From an uncultured Clostridia bacterium (GTDB lineage: Bacteria; Bacillota; Clostridia; TANB77; CAG-508), in contig CANRKM010000002.1 of assembly GCA_947631225.1 (NCBI GenBank), positions 1-41,438 on the forward strand: a stretch of DNA of 41,438 bases. Direction: 5' to 3'. The notes under the pieces were generated by a model. That model had not been told where the DNA came from. It searched no databases and saw only the letters and a list, made by a program, of their open reading frames with translations. Positions 41,251 through 41,438 of the stretch are shown here, one piece after another (positions within the stretch are counted from its first letter, which is position 1; every line of letters begins with the position of its first letter). A program made the translations under genes and the position numbers.

Positions 41251-41339
41251 TGTAGACAAAAATATTTTATATTACTATTGGACAAGTTATTAAAATAGGC
41301 AGGAGCACAACTCCTGCCTTTATGTATTTACTTTTTGGA
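41251..41339 (+). repeat. 89-bp direct repeat, right copy (orphan 3' end of gene B plus terminator)
   Basis: Encodes VDKNILYYYWTSY-stop with no upstream gene body; stem AGGCAGGAG / CTCCTGCCT. Confidence 0.92.
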
Positions 41340-41438
41340 CAAGCCACTCAAAGTAAACTTATAAAACCAAGAATAATACCCCTGTCAAAAAACATAAATA
41401 GTCATAAAAAAGACTATAATCTAAATTGATAATCTAGT

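Overview
Very AT-rich chromosomal segment from a spore-forming Clostridia-type bacterium, with about 29 protein genes: an Rpn/PD-(D/E)XK gene, a gerKA-gerKB-gerKC germinant receptor operon, a short alaS, HIT, DUF1294 and rhodanese genes, two giant cell-surface proteins, lepA-trmL-TrmH family, htrA, two glycosyltransferases, glgP, rnhA, and a duplicated two-gene cassette interleaved with an orphan MNT and an AAA_14/DUF4143 ATPase. Main observation: five otherwise intact genes (gerKA twice, gerKB, htrA, glgP, rnhA) are broken by six +1 frameshifts, and all six are the same event, an in-frame CGG followed by A (C-GGA). Skipping the C gives GGA (Gly) and restores full-length proteins, including conserved motifs (RNase H NPGP-G-GW, phosphorylase N-G-VSKLHG, GerA LAP-G-IFIAI). 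Reading by eye, I found no in-frame CGG in any uninterrupted gene. This points to a genome-wide recoding rule in which CGGA is read as one Gly (quadruplet decoding or obligatory +1 shift at an unassigned CGG) rather than to pseudogenes. Other signals: a DnaA-box cluster away from dnaA, a 248-bp fold-back element, a constant-variable-constant gene-pair duplication, and an 89-bp direct repeat bracketing the ATPase. No tRNA, rRNA or CRISPR array was seen. All family assignments come from motif recognition by eye, not database searches.
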